Positions 10,284-21,722 of a stretch of DNA of 64,000 nt are shown here, one piece after another. Each line of letters starts with the position of its first letter. Position 1 is the first letter of the stretch. A program made the position numbers and the translations under genes. The stretch lies in NCBI GenBank assembly GCA_963771175.1, contig CAVYSY010000040.1, positions 288,001 through 352,000 of the forward strand, read 5' to 3'. Source of the DNA: an uncultured delta proteobacterium. Its GTDB lineage: Bacteria; Myxococcota; Myxococcia; Myxococcales; Myxococcaceae. The notes under the pieces were generated by a model. That model worked only from the letters and a program-made list of their open reading frames with translations, made no database searches and had not been told where the DNA came from.

Positions 10284-11021
10284 AACCACGCAAGGAGCGC
10301 CTCGACGTGCTGGTGGTGGAGCGGGGGCTCGCCGAGTCCCGCGACCAAGGCCCAGGCGCTCATCCTCGCCGGGCAGGTGGTGGTGGGCGATCAGCGGGTG
10401 GACAAGCCCGGCTCGCTGGTGCCCGTGGAGGCGGAGCTGCGCCTCAAGGGCGAGGTGCTGCCCTACGTGTCTCGCGGTGGGTTGAAGCTGAAGGCGGCCA
10501 TCGACCGCTTCGGCCTCGACGTGCGCGGCAAGGTGGCCGCGGACATCGGCGCCAGCACCGGCGGCTTCACCGACTGCCTCCTGCAGGAGGGCGCCACGCA
10601 CGTCCACGCCATCGACGTGGGCTACGGGCAGCTGCACGAGAAGCTGCGCACGGATCCGCGCGTCCGCTCCCGCGAGCGCGTCAACGCCCGCTACCTCACC
10701 GCCGAGGATCTCCCCGAGCCGGTGGACGTGGTGGTCATCGACGTCAGCTTCATCTCGCTGACCCAGGTGCTGCCGGCGGTGCTGCCCTTCCTGAAGCCCG
10801 GGGGCCTGCTGGTGGCGCTGGTGAAGCCCCAGTTCGAGGTGGGGCCCGACAAGGTGGGGAAGGGCGGGGTGGTGCGGGACGTGGCCGCGCGCCAGGAGGC
10901 CATCGACTCCGTGTCCGCCTTCGTCCGGGCACAGGGGCTCTCGGTGCGCGGGGTGATGGACTCCACCGTGCCCGGCCCCGCCGGCAACGTCGAGGCGCTG
11001 CTCGTCGCGGACAAGCCGTGA
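10280..11021 (+). CDS. tlyA: TlyA-family RNA methyltransferase (S4 + FtsJ-like); frameshift near 10343
   Basis: KERLDVLVVERGLAESR, YVSRGGLKL, DIGASTGGFTDCLLQ, DVSFISL, LVKPQFE. Confidence 0.92.
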
Positions 11022-11048
11022 CACGGCCTGGCTGTCTGCTGGCCATGT

Positions 11049-11999
11049 TCAGCGTTTCGGAGTCAGTCTCTTGCGTGCCGCTTCCATCGTGGTGACGACG
11101 TGAGAGCGCCGCACGCCGAGGTACTTCGATAGGTAGGCCGCGCCGTCACCGGGAATCACCCACACGGTGCGGGCCTTCGCACGGGTGTCGAACGCCACGA
11201 AGAGCGGCTTGAGAGCCGTGCCCGCGCCGTCGAAGGAGCGCAGATCGACGATGACGTCTTCCGTCTGGGGAATCGCGGCGAGGAACTGCTTCAGGGGCTC
11301 GAGGTGGTCGATGCTGTAGCCGGCCGCGAGCCGCACCACGCGCGGGCTGCCGCCGAGATCCTTCGCCAGCATCTCGTTCGTCAGGTAGCCCTGGACGGGT
11401 TCGATCTGGAAGGTGAGGGGGTCTTCGGCGAGCAGCTCGAGGGACGCTTCGAGCAGGGTGAGGAAGTAGCGCTGGTGGCGTGGGCCGTTGTTCTCGTTGG
11501 GGCTCCACGCTGTGAAGTGCGTCTCGCCATGGCTGGGCGAACAGACGGTGCCGTGGACGGTGATGCCGTCAGCGCCCATGCGGTCCTCTAACTGAAGCTC
11601 CCACGGCTGCAGCCCGGTCAGCTTCGCGTCGAGCGCGGTCGCCGCGGCCTCCGGCACACGCAGGGTGCGCTGTGCGAGTGTCGGGGGCTTCTTCGGCTCG
11701 GTGTACTCCTGCCAGGTGAGCCGCAGCTCCGCATCGGGCCCGCCGCGGAAGGTCACGGTGAGTGGCGCGTGGAACGAGGGCAGGTACACCGCGCGCCAGA
11801 GCGTCTGCCCTTCGGTACAGCCAGGGGGACTCCAGGTGAGCCCCAGGGCCTCGTGTGCCTTCCGGACTCGCGCTTCCCGGCTCTGCCGGAATCGCTCACG
11901 CATGGCCTCCTCCGGCCCGTTGGCCTGGGCCGTCGTCACCACGAAGCTCAGCGCGAGGGCGAGCCTGCCCCACCGTGGACACCCTTGAGGAATGGACAT
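11049..11999 (-). CDS. Hypothetical secreted protein with possible STAS-like C-terminal domain
   Basis: Intact 316-aa ORF; signal peptide (RLALALSFVVTTAQA); family not recognised. Confidence 0.7.
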   Translation of the reverse strand: MSIPQGCPRWGRLALALSFVVTTAQANGPEEAMRERFRQSREARVRKAHEALGLTWSPPGCTEGQTLWRAVYLPSFHAPLTVTFRGGPDAELRLTWQEYTEPKKPPTLAQRTLRVPEAAATALDAKLTGLQPWELQLEDRMGADGITVHGTVCSPSHGETHFTAWSPNENNGPRHQRYFLTLLEASLELLAEDPLTFQIEPVQGYLTNEMLAKDLGGSPRVVRLAAGYSIDHLEPLKQFLAAIPQTEDVIVDLRSFDGAGTALKPLFVAFDTRAKARTVWVIPGDGAAYLSKYLGVRRSHVVTTMEAARKRLTPKR

Positions 12000-12080
12000 G
12001 CGCGCCAGTCTACCCGCGCGCCTGAACGAAACTCCTTCCCCCGCCCTGGGTAAAGGCGGGGGAGGGGTCTTCCTTCCCGC

Positions 12081-13712
12081 TCAGCGCACCTGCCGGTATT
12101 GCTCCAGCGCGAGCGGCTTCACCAGCTTGCGGCCCACGCGCAGCCAGAGCGTTCCCGAGTCGTCCGTCGCACCGGCGATGGAGCCGCCCGGAATCTGGTA
12201 GCGGTACAGCTCACCCTTCTCCGCCATGTCCGTGGCGACGATCTCCACCGGCCAGGGCGTCGGCAGGGCGTCGGTGGGAGCGCCGCTGGTGAGGAGGTAG
12301 AAGGCGCCGTTCGCGCCCAGCACCACCTGCCGGGGGAAGAGTGCCCCACCGGGGGAGAGCGACTGCCCGTTGTTGTTCACCACCGCCCCGGTCGACGCGT
12401 TCAGGAACCAGGTGTGGTGCGCGGCGACGACGGCCAGGCGCGAGCCGTCCGCATACGGCACCAGGGCCACCACCTGCCCCGTCAGTTCGTTGGACATCCA
12501 CTGGCGGTTGGTCGGCGGATCGCACAGCGATTCGGTGAGCGTCCCGCTGATGGCACAAGAGCGGATGTACGCGTTGGTGTTGGAGATCTGCGTGGCGATG
12601 TACATCAGCGTGCCCGAGGCGTTGAACGCCACGGCGGGCGCCAGGTCTCCGGGGGTCGCCGTGGGCTCGTCGATGTGCACGAAGCGGCTCCAGAAGCCAC
12701 TGATGTAGTTCAGCACGCCGACCCGGACGGTGCCGCCCGGGGTGTCATCCCCGAAGCCGTTGCCAATCGGTACGACGGCGGAGCCCGAGCCGGTGAAGAC
12801 CGGATCGCCGATGACGAAGCCGCTCAGGGTGGTGGCGGGGTTTCCGCTGGTATCGGCGCTGCTGATGACCCACTTGATGGCGCCCGCGGGCGTGATGAGC
12901 CGCAGGGTGGCCGGGTCCACGCCCTCACCCGAGTCATAGACGAGGGCATCGCCCTCGGGAGTGATCGCCAGCCGATCCACCTTCACGTCGCGGATCGCCG
13001 TGGGGGGGGTGGTCGATTCGAACTGGTTCGGGCCGATGGCGAAGAGGCCCTGGTTGGGCGTCCACACCCAGCGCCAGCCGGTGTTGGCGGGCTTCCGCTC
13101 GGTGATGACCGTGCTCTCGGAGCAGGGGATGAGCATCTCCAGGCGCTTCGCGGAGGCCGTGGGGACTTTCGTCACCTTGTAGAGGCCCTGGCGCCCGGTG
13201 CCCTCCTGGGCGCAGCCGATGAACGACACGGTGCCCCCGTTGTCCTCCCTGCCCTCGGCGATGAAGTAGTTGGGCACCACCTGCTCGTTGGCGGAGGCGG
13301 GGTCGATCGCCTCGGCCACCGGGAAGAACGTGGCCGGCTGCGCCTGGGAGACGTTGGTGCGCCCGTCCGCGCAGGTGACGCGCGCCGTGAGCGACAGGTT
13401 GGCGGCGATGCCCCACGTGTAGCGGATCTCGTTCATCCCCAGCTCCACGGGAGTGGGGTTGCCGCCGTAGGTCACCTGCTTGAGCAGCTCGTTGTGGTCG
13501 AGCAGCTCCAGGACCTGCGCCTGGTCACAGCCCGACGTGGACAGGGACAGCTTGAGGCTCTTCCCCACGGTGCTCGGCTCCTCCACCACGATGCTGACCT
13601 GGGGCAGGTCCGGTGTGGGCGCCGGCGGCGGTTCGGGACAGGCGAGGGAGAAGAGCGGCAGCAGCAGCAGCGCTGGGCGGACGAGCGCCCGGGTTGGAGA
13701 GGGGATGGGCAT
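12081..13712 (-). CDS. Lipoprotein, probable beta-propeller
   Basis: Lipobox LFSLAC followed by a Pro-rich tether; beta-rich 543-aa ORF. Confidence 0.8.
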   Translation of the reverse strand: MPIPSPTRALVRPALLLLPLFSLACPEPPPAPTPDLPQVSIVVEEPSTVGKSLKLSLSTSGCDQAQVLELLDHNELLKQVTYGGNPTPVELGMNEIRYTWGIAANLSLTARVTCADGRTNVSQAQPATFFPVAEAIDPASANEQVVPNYFIAEGREDNGGTVSFIGCAQEGTGRQGLYKVTKVPTASAKRLEMLIPCSESTVITERKPANTGWRWVWTPNQGLFAIGPNQFESTTPPTAIRDVKVDRLAITPEGDALVYDSGEGVDPATLRLITPAGAIKWVISSADTSGNPATTLSGFVIGDPVFTGSGSAVVPIGNGFGDDTPGGTVRVGVLNYISGFWSRFVHIDEPTATPGDLAPAVAFNASGTLMYIATQISNTNAYIRSCAISGTLTESLCDPPTNRQWMSNELTGQVVALVPYADGSRLAVVAAHHTWFLNASTGAVVNNNGQSLSPGGALFPRQVVLGANGAFYLLTSGAPTDALPTPWPVEIVATDMAEKGELYRYQIPGGSIAGATDDSGTLWLRVGRKLVKPLALEQYRQVR

Positions 13713-13751
13713 GGTGGCGCGCAGTCTAGCGTGCGCGCCACCCGCCGGACA

Positions 13752-15799
13752 TCAGGGCTCCGGGATGACGAGGTCCACGCGCCGGTTCAGCTCGCGGCCG
13801 CGCGGGGTGAAGTTGGGGGCGACGGGACGGGTATCGCCGTAGCCCTCGGACTCGACTCGCGCCGGCTCCAGGCCCGCCTTGACGAGGGCGTCCGCCACCG
13901 CGCGCGCCCGGTCCTTGGACAGCGCCAGGTTGGCGGCCTTGTCGCCCTGGTTGTCGGTGTGCCCCTCGATGCGGATGCGCTTGATGCCGGTGCGCACCAC
14001 GAGATCGACCACCTGCGCGAGCAGCGGCTGGTTCTCCGGGAGCAGCACGGCCTTGCCCTCCACGAAGCGCACCGGCTGGGTCAGCTCCAGCTTGTCGTTC
14101 TCTCGCTTCACCAGCCACTGCTTCGGCTCGGGCTCCAGGTCGAACGCCAGGTTCAGCGCGGCGCCCTCGGTGACCTGCACTCCACGCATCTGGGCCAGGA
14201 AGCCGGGCGCGGTGACCTCCACCACGTAGCGGCCGGCCGGGAGCCGCAGCGCGTGGGACGCCGCATCGGCCTCGGTGAACTTCACCTGCCGGGACTCGGG
14301 ACCCTGGAAGGCCAGCGTGGCGGACACCGGCTTGCGCTTCGAGGTGACGGCGAGGGCGAGTGTCGCCGGCTTCACCTCCGCCACGAGCGCCAGCTCCACC
14401 CGGGCGAGCTCGCCCGCCTTCAGCACCACTTCCTGCTCCAGCGGGAGGTAGCCCTCCTTGCGCACGGAGAGCTTCACCGGGCCGCTCGGCAGCGCGTACG
14501 TGAGGAAGCGGCCGTCGCGCGGGTCCGAGGCCACCGGCGGCAGCGACGAGTCCACCATGTCCACGAGGACTCCGGGGATGGGCTGGCGCGTCTTCGCGTC
14601 CAGCACCACGCCGGACACCTGGGCCGTCTGGGTCGCGGCGGAGTTCGTCATGGCGGTGGAGGTTCGCGTCACCGGGTCGGCTCCCGCACCACGCGCGGCG
14701 CGCCGGCCTGGAGCAGCGGATCCACGTTGAGCGAGGCGCCGAGGGCGAGGTTGAAGGGCGCCACGGGCGGCAGGCCCCGGCCCACCTGTCGCGTGAGACC
14801 GAACTCGGCCGCCGCGGTGAAGGTGAAGTTCGTCAGGGCCGTCACCTTGACGCCCAGCCCGAGCGTCTGGGGCGCCACGCTGCCCACGGACACGAGCGTC
14901 CCGTCCGGAGCGACGAGCTGGCCACCCTCCACGCCGAGCGGAGAGGCCAGGCCGTACTCGAGGAAGGGCGTGGCGATCGGCAGCGGCGCCTCGACCCCGA
15001 GCCCCACGGTGAAGCGGGGGTAGCGGTTGATGCCGAGGGCGTACTCCTCGGAGGCGTTGAGCCGGCTGGCATCCACCAGCGAGCCCGTGCCGTCCACGAG
15101 GACGCCGAGGTTGGCGTGGGCGCGCAGCGGCAGGGGCAGCTTCCCGCTCGCGTCATAGGTGGCCACCGCGCGGGGCGAGAAGCCGAACGCGACCTGGCTC
15201 TGGTTGCCCACGCCGGAGAACGTCATGACGCGCAGGTCCGCGCCGGCCCACAGTCCCGGAATCCACTGCTTCGTGGCCCGGGCCCCGAGCGTCACGTCCC
15301 CGAGCGCCTGGATGAGGTTGGGCGAGGAGCGCGTGTTGGTGTTGGCCGAGGCCGCGTAGGCCAGCGACACCTCGAGGAACTCCAGCGGCACGTACGACAG
15401 GGCGAAGACACCGGTGGTGCGCGTGTTCTCCGCGCCCTGCACGGGGAAGTCGGCGCTGGAGGAGCGCTCGCCCGAGAGCGAGAGCCGCAGCAGGCCCGGG
15501 CGTCCGAGGTCCGCTCCCGCCACGCGCAGCAGTCCCACCCCTCCGGTGGGAGTGGCCGAGCGACGGACGTTCGCCGGGGAGTTCCAGGCGTTGTCTCGGG
15601 TCGCGGGAGTATGGATGCCAAGGTCGGCAGGCGAGGATGCCGCCGCCTTCTCCTCCGAGGGCTGAGCGGCCGGAGGCGCGGAGAGGGGCGTCGCGGACGC
15701 CTGGGGCCCTTCCGCCCGAGCCGTCCCGACGCTCAGGAGCGCCGTCAGCAGCAGGGGGTTCAGAGGGGAAGAGAACTGCGGAACTGGCGGAAGTCGCAC
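13752..15799 (-). CDS. OmpA-family outer-membrane protein (beta-rich N-domain, carboxypeptidase-regulatory-like repeats, OmpA C-terminal domain); frameshift near 14700; start uncertain
   Basis: IRIEGHTDNQG...NLALSKDRARAV...GYGDTRPVAPN...GRELNRRVD at the C-terminus; VSGVVLDAKTRQPIPG repeat domain; N-half in ORF 14669-15949. Confidence 0.85.
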
Positions 15800-15984
15800 G
15801 GCCACCGAGTATACGCGGGGGAGTTGCTCTAACAATTCTTGCCCTGACCCCCCGAGTCCGACACGCTGGCCCCCAGCCGGCTTCAGCGGCATGATTCGGA
15901 CCCGCGCATGACGGTTGACGCTTTCGTGAAATTTTTCCGGTCTCTCCATACGCCCGTGCAGGGCCTGTCCTCCCGGGTGCTCCG

Positions 15985-18484
15985 TTGAGAGCCGAGCTCG
16001 TCGGCGCGCGGGGTCGCGTCCTGGTGATTGGCGCGCGAGCGGCGAATGACGTCCTGCTCGCGCACCTGTCCGATGGCGGCTTCCTGTGGGACATCACCGA
16101 GGACCTGCAGGAGCTGGCCAGGCTGGGGGAGTCTCTGCGGCCCGACGCCATCCTCGTGTCGGCCACCGGCAAGCGGGCCACCGAGGCGCTCGCCGCCGTC
16201 CGCCAGGACACGCGGCTGCGCGAGCTGAAGGTGCTGGCGGATTCCACCCGCTCCCGCTCGGAGGTGCTGCGCAAGCTGCCGGTGGATGACTGGGTGCGCA
16301 GTCTCGAGGAGCTCATCCCGCGGCTGGACGCGGTGCTGCGCGAGCGCAAGATCATGGAGCGCACCCGCAACCGCATGGAGCGGCTGCTGGAAATCACCCA
16401 GGCCGCCACCAGCTCGCTGGAGCTGGATCAGATCCTCCGCCTCGCGGTGGAGAAGGTCGGCGCTGTCATCAACGCGGACCGCTGCTCCGTGGTGCTGGTG
16501 GAGGACATCTCCTCTCCCACCGCCAGCGTGGTGGCGACGATGGAGGACCCGGGCCTGTCACTGGACGTGGACCTCGCCCGCTACCCCGAGCTGCGCCGCG
16601 CCCTGGAGACCCGGCAGCCGGTGCTGGTGGAGGAGGCGCAGAGGGATCCGCTGATGGCCGAGGTGCGTCCCGCCATCACTTCCGTCGGCGTGCGCTCCAT
16701 CCTCGTGCAGCCCCTGGTGTGCCAGGACGAGCTGCTCGGGGCGCTCTTCCTGCGCATCTCCCGCGGCTCCGAGGGCTTCGGCCGGGACGAGCAGGAGTTC
16801 GCCCAGGCGGTGGCGGCGGCGCTCGCCAACTGCCTCCGCAACGCCCGCCTGCACACCGCGCTCAAGAAGAAGCGCGATGAGCTCGAGCTGGCCTATGTGG
16901 AGCGCTACCGCGAGCTGACCGAGGCCAACCGCCGCCTCAAGGATCTCAACCGGCTCAAGGACGAGATCATCGCGGTGTGCAGCCACGACCTGCGCGCCCC
17001 GCTGCAGGTGCTGCTGGGCCACGGCCGGCTGCTGCTGGAGGGCGGGCTGGATCCGCAGCAGAAGCAGTCCGCCGAGGCGATGATCCGCCAGGGCCGGAAG
17101 ATCCTCGGCCTGGTCGAGTCGCTGCTGGACAAGGGCAAGGGCGACGTGGCGCGCCTGTCCATCGAGCCGCGCGTGCTGGACATCTCCGAGCTCTGCAAGG
17201 AGAGCGTCAACGAGCTGGAGATCCTCGCCGCCGAGCGGGGCGTGGCCCTGCGGGCCGAGAATCCCGAGAGCATGATGCTCATCGGCGACGAGCTGAAGCT
17301 GCACGAGGTGCTGCAGAACCTCATCACCAACGCCATCCACCACGCGCAGGACGCGGGCGAGGTGGTGGTGAAGGCCTCGCGGCTGGCGCGGCCGGACGGT
17401 GACGTGGCGCGCATCGTGGTGCAGGACGACGGCAAGGGCATCCCTCCCGAGGAGCTGCCGCTCGTGTTCGACCGCTACCGCAGCGGCTCCAAGAGCGGAG
17501 GCGGGGGCGCCGGTCTGGGCCTCGCCATCTGCAAGGAGTTCGTGGAGCTCCACGGTGGGGAGATCTGGGCCGAGGCTCCGCCCGAGGGCGGCGCGGCGTT
17601 CATCTTCACGATGCCCCTGGCGCAGGAGGTCCAGCGCGCCGTGAAGAACCTCCCCAACAAGGAGGTGACCGAGCAGCCGCGTGTGCTGGTGGTGGAGGAC
17701 GAGCCGGAGATCGCCGCGGTGCTGGTGGAGGTGCTGCGCTCGCGCTACCGCGTGGACGTGGCGCGCGACGGCGCCGAGGGCCTGGCCCGGGCGCGCTCGT
17801 CCAAGCCGGACCTGGTGGTGATGGACGTCTTCCTGCCCAAGCTGGACGGCCTGGACGCCGCGGTGGCGCTCAAGTCCTCCTCGGACACCGCCAGCATCCC
17901 CGTCATCCTGCTGTCCGCCCACCAGGGCGTGGCCGACAAGGTCCGCGCGCTCAACCTCGGCGCGGTGGACTACATGAGCAAGCCCTTCAACGCGATGGAG
18001 CTGCTCACCCGTACCGAGCGCGCTCTCAAGCTGCGCAAGGCCGAGAGCAATGGAGCGCACCTCCTCGCTCCTGCGGCGCAGCGGGAACGATCCTATCACC
18101 GGGCTCTACGACCGGCGCGGTCTGATGCTTCGGTTGGATCACGAGGTGAGCCGCGGGCGGCGCTACAGCCGGCCGGTGAGCCTCGCCGTGCTTCGCCCCG
18201 AGCGCCCCGTGCGGAGCGACGTGCTGCGCGGCGTGCCGGACGTGATGCGCGCGCGGCTGCGCACCCCGGACATCATCGGCCACATGGGCGAGGGTGTGCT
18301 CGCCGTCGTCCTGCCCGAGTGCAATGTTGAAGCGGGGCGCAACGTCATCGGCCGCCTGCTGCCGGATGTCGAGAAGCACACGGGGATGGAGTACCGCTCG
18401 GCGGTGGCCGACGTGAGTCACGACAGCGAACCGGTGGAGCGCATCCTGGAGCGGTTGGGCGCACCGGTCGCACCGGTGCTGTAG
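15985..18484 (+). CDS. sgmT: Hybrid sensor kinase SgmT-like (GAF-HisKA-HATPase-REC-degenerate GGDEF); frameshift near 18045
   Basis: SHDLRAPL H-box, QNLITNAI, DDGKGI, GLGLAICK, receiver VVEDE/DLVVMD/SKPF. Then DPITGLYDRR...RTPD (I-site RxxD) with GEGVL in place of GGDEF. Sits upstream of TPR-agmH-bacNOP, as I recall for M. xanthus. Confidence 0.88.
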
Positions 18485-18533
18485 GTCAGGGCACCACCTG
18501 TGCTGGCGCCGCCGCCGCGTTAGACTCGGTGGC

Positions 18534-20405
18534 GTGCGCCTCCCTCGAACCCTCGCCCGAGCCGTGCCCCTCCTGGCCCTCGTCGGGCTGGGTGCGGTCG
18601 CGGCCCCTCCGCGTCGGCCTCCGGTGGACCGCTCGGCCATGAGTGAGGCCATCTCCGCGGCGGCCAGGGACGAAGGCATCGCCTCGTCCGCCAGCTATGC
18701 GCACTACCTGCAGGCCAGGCTGCTGAGCCTCCAGGGGGACTACCGGGGTTCGGTGGACGAGCTGCGGCTGGCGTTGGCCACCGATGACGGCAGCCCATTC
18801 CTGCTCACCCAGCTCGGCGAGGCGTACGCGCGTGCGGGAGACCTGACGCTCGCCGAGCGCGAATTGCGGCGCGTGGTGGAGCGCCACCCCACGTACTATG
18901 CCGGCCGGCTGATGCTGGGGCGCGTGTTGATGGATGCTGGCAAGTCCGCTCGGGCCCGGCTGCACCTGCGCCGCGCCATCCAGCTCAAGCCTCGCGAGCC
19001 GGAGGCCTACCTCGTCCTCGCGCAGCTCCACCTCGAGTCCCGCGCGAACGAGCAGGCCGTGAAGGTGGTGGAGGACCTGGCGGCGGCGCTGCCCGGCGAG
19101 GCCTCCGGCTACCGGCGGCTGGGGCTGGCCCTGGCCGAGCGTGGCGATGCCTCCCGGGCCGAGCAGATGCTGGCGCGGGCCATCGAGCGCGACCCCGGGG
19201 ACGTGGAATCGTTGACCACGCTCGCGCAGCTCTACGAGAAGGCCGGTCGCCTCTCCACGGCGGAGGAGGCGCTGGCTCGGGCGCTGGAGCGCGACCCGGA
19301 CAACCAGGCGGTGCTGGTGAGCGCCGGTCGGATCGCGCTGCGGCTCGGCTCGGCGGTGCGGGCGCGCGCGTACTTCGAGCGGCTCCTGTCCATCTCCCAG
19401 GATCCGGAGCTCGTCGTCCGGGTGGCCTTCTCCTTCCTGTCCGCGCGTGACAGTGCCTCGGCCGCGGAGGTGCTGGACGCCGCTCGAAAGGGGAGGGGAG
19501 CGTCGCCCCGCGTCTCCTTCTACGCGGGCCTCGTCCACGAGAGGCTGCGCCACTTCGACGTGGCCGCCACCGCGTACGCCGAGGTGCCCGTCTCCTCCGA
19601 GCTCTTCGCCGATTCGCGCGCTCGCCGCGCCATCTGCCTCTCCCAGGGGGGCGACCACAAGACGGCGATTGCCCTGCTGCGCGAGGCCATTTCCGAGCGC
19701 CCCGATGACGCGGAGCTGCGGGTGCAGCTCGCCCGAGCCCACGAGCGGAGCGGCGCGCCCGACGCCGCCGTGGCCGCGCTGAAGGAGGCCCTCGCGCGGC
19801 TGCCGGAGCCGGACCTCTATGAGGCGCTCGCCTCCACCTTGCGGCGCCAGAGGCGCCCGGCCGAGGCACTCGCCTTGTTGCGTGAGGCCGTCGCTCGCCA
19901 GCCCCGCGAGCCGGCCCTGCGCTATGCCCTCGGCTCCGCGCTCCTGGAGCAGGGTGACCCGGAGGGGGCCCTCTCCTGGATGCGCAGCGTGCTCGAGGTG
20001 GACCCGGACCACGCGGCGGCGATGAACTTCATCGGCTACCTGCTTGCCCAGCGCGGCAGACACTACGAGGAGGCCGAGCGGCTGGTGCGGCGCGCCCTGG
20101 AGCTGCGCCCGGACACCGGGGCCTTCCTGGACTCGCTGGGGTGGATTCATTTCCAGCGCGGCGACTATCCGCGTGCGGTGGAGGCATTGGAGCGGGCGGC
20201 GGAGCTGGAGCCCGAGGAGCCCGTCATCCTCGAGCACCTGGGAGACGCCTACCAGCGGCTGGCGCGCGCGGGGGATGCCGCGGGAGCCTGGCGGCGCGCG
20301 CTCGAGATCCTGGCCCTGCATCCCGAGGCCGCCGATCCGCCCGAACAGCGGGCGCTCCTCGAGCGAAAGCTGAAGTTTCTGTCAACCGGTGCGGTGGATC
20401 GCTAA
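18534..20405 (+). CDS. Secreted TPR-repeat protein
   Basis: Signal peptide, many TPRs, AMNFIGYLLA...FLDSLGW...VILEHLGDAY C-terminal pattern. Confidence 0.88.
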   Translation: MRLPRTLARAVPLLALVGLGAVAAPPRRPPVDRSAMSEAISAAARDEGIASSASYAHYLQARLLSLQGDYRGSVDELRLALATDDGSPFLLTQLGEAYARAGDLTLAERELRRVVERHPTYYAGRLMLGRVLMDAGKSARARLHLRRAIQLKPREPEAYLVLAQLHLESRANEQAVKVVEDLAAALPGEASGYRRLGLALAERGDASRAEQMLARAIERDPGDVESLTTLAQLYEKAGRLSTAEEALARALERDPDNQAVLVSAGRIALRLGSAVRARAYFERLLSISQDPELVVRVAFSFLSARDSASAAEVLDAARKGRGASPRVSFYAGLVHERLRHFDVAATAYAEVPVSSELFADSRARRAICLSQGGDHKTAIALLREAISERPDDAELRVQLARAHERSGAPDAAVAALKEALARLPEPDLYEALASTLRRQRRPAEALALLREAVARQPREPALRYALGSALLEQGDPEGALSWMRSVLEVDPDHAAAMNFIGYLLAQRGRHYEEAERLVRRALELRPDTGAFLDSLGWIHFQRGDYPRAVEALERAAELEPEEPVILEHLGDAYQRLARAGDAAGAWRRALEILALHPEAADPPEQRALLERKLKFLSTGAVDR

Positions 20406-21257
20406 TGTCTTCAGACCCTATGGCGCGCTTCGACGAGGGCTTCTTCACTGGGAAAGACGGGCTCCGGCTCTACTGGATGTCCGAGCAGCCGGAACAACCC
20501 CGAGCCCACGTGGCGGTGGTGCACGGCTATGGCGACCACATCGGTCGCTATCGGCCCGCGATCGACGCCCTGGCGGCCGAGGGGTATGCCGTTCACGGCT
20601 TCGACTACCGCGGCCACGGGCGCGCCGACGGGCGCCGGGGCTTCTGCGAGACCTGGCCGGACTACCTGGACGACCTGGCCGGCTTCTGGGAGCGGGTCCG
20701 CCGCGAGGCTGGTGGGCGGAAGCTCTTCCTGCTCGCGCACAGCCATGGCGGGTTGATGGCGGCGCACCTGCTGGGGCGGGGCGGACTGGAGGGCGTGAGC
20801 GGGATTGTGCTGTCCGCGCCTTATTTCAAGCTCGCCATCACGCCGCCGACGTTGAAAGTGGTGGCCGCTCGGGCGGTGGGGCAGGGTCCTCCCGTGGATG
20901 CCCATCAAGAGCGAGCTCACCCCGGAGCATCTCAGCCGGGACGAGGCGGTCCAGGAGGCCGTACGTCAGGACCCCCTCTACAATACTCTGGTGACCCCGC
21001 GCTGGTTCATCGAGTCCACTCAGGCCCAGTCCCAGGTGATGACGCTCGCCTCCAAGGTGAAGGTGCCGCTCTTCATGCTCTGTGGCTCCGAGGATGGCGT
21101 GGCGAGCGTTGCCGCCGGACGCCAGTTTTTCGATGCCGTGGGCTCCCAGGACAAGGTGTACAAGGCCTATCCCGGGATGCGTCACGAGCCGCTCAACGAG
21201 ATCGGCAAGGCGGAGGTCCATCGGGACATCTGCAACTGGATCTCCGCGCATCTCTGA
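20405..21257 (+). CDS. agmH: Lysophospholipase, alpha/beta hydrolase (AgmH-like); frameshift near 20880
   Basis: VVHGYGDH, DYRGHGR, AHSHGG nucleophile elbow, GMRHEPLNE; lies directly before the bactofilins. Confidence 0.8.
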
Positions 21258-21320
21258 CGTAGGTTCCAATTCCTTACAGAGCAAACTTCGATTCTCGAGG
21301 GCGCTTCCGAGGGTCACCGC

Positions 21321-21666
21321 ATGGCACAGGCCGAGCAGACGGGCATCATCGGCAAGGGCATCATCATCCGGGGCAACCTCACCGGCGGCGGCGACCTGGT
21401 CATCGAGGGGCGGGTCGAGGGGCAGATCGCCCTGAAGAACCACCTCACCATCGAGGACACCGGCAAGGTGGAGGCCGACATCCGGGCCGAGGAGCTGACC
21501 ATCAACGGCGAGGCGAGCGGCAACATCGACGCCTGCGCGCCGGGTGTCCATCAACGCCTCGGCGAAGGTCACCGGCGACATCAAGGCCCCGCGGGTGGTC
21601 ATCGAGGACGGCGCGGTCTTCAACGGCTCCATCGAGATGGACGTCAAGCTGCCCGACGACATCTAA
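21321..21666 (+). CDS. bacN: Bactofilin BacN; frameshift near 21530
   Basis: IIGKGIIIRGNL...DLVIEGRVEGQI...VEADIRAEELTING...VTGDIKAPRVVIEDGAVFNGSIEM. Confidence 0.85.
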
Positions 21667-21722
21667 GCGGGCCTCGGAGCGCTCGCAGCACCGCTCTCGA
21701 GGAGGCGGACGGACGAACACAC

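Noticed and set aside
12099..15023. Very long plus-strand ORF (974 aa), and similar ones at 33297-36437, 54506-57010 and 57278-58954
   Set aside because: Antisense shadows of real genes, as expected in high-GC DNA; no recognisable motifs.
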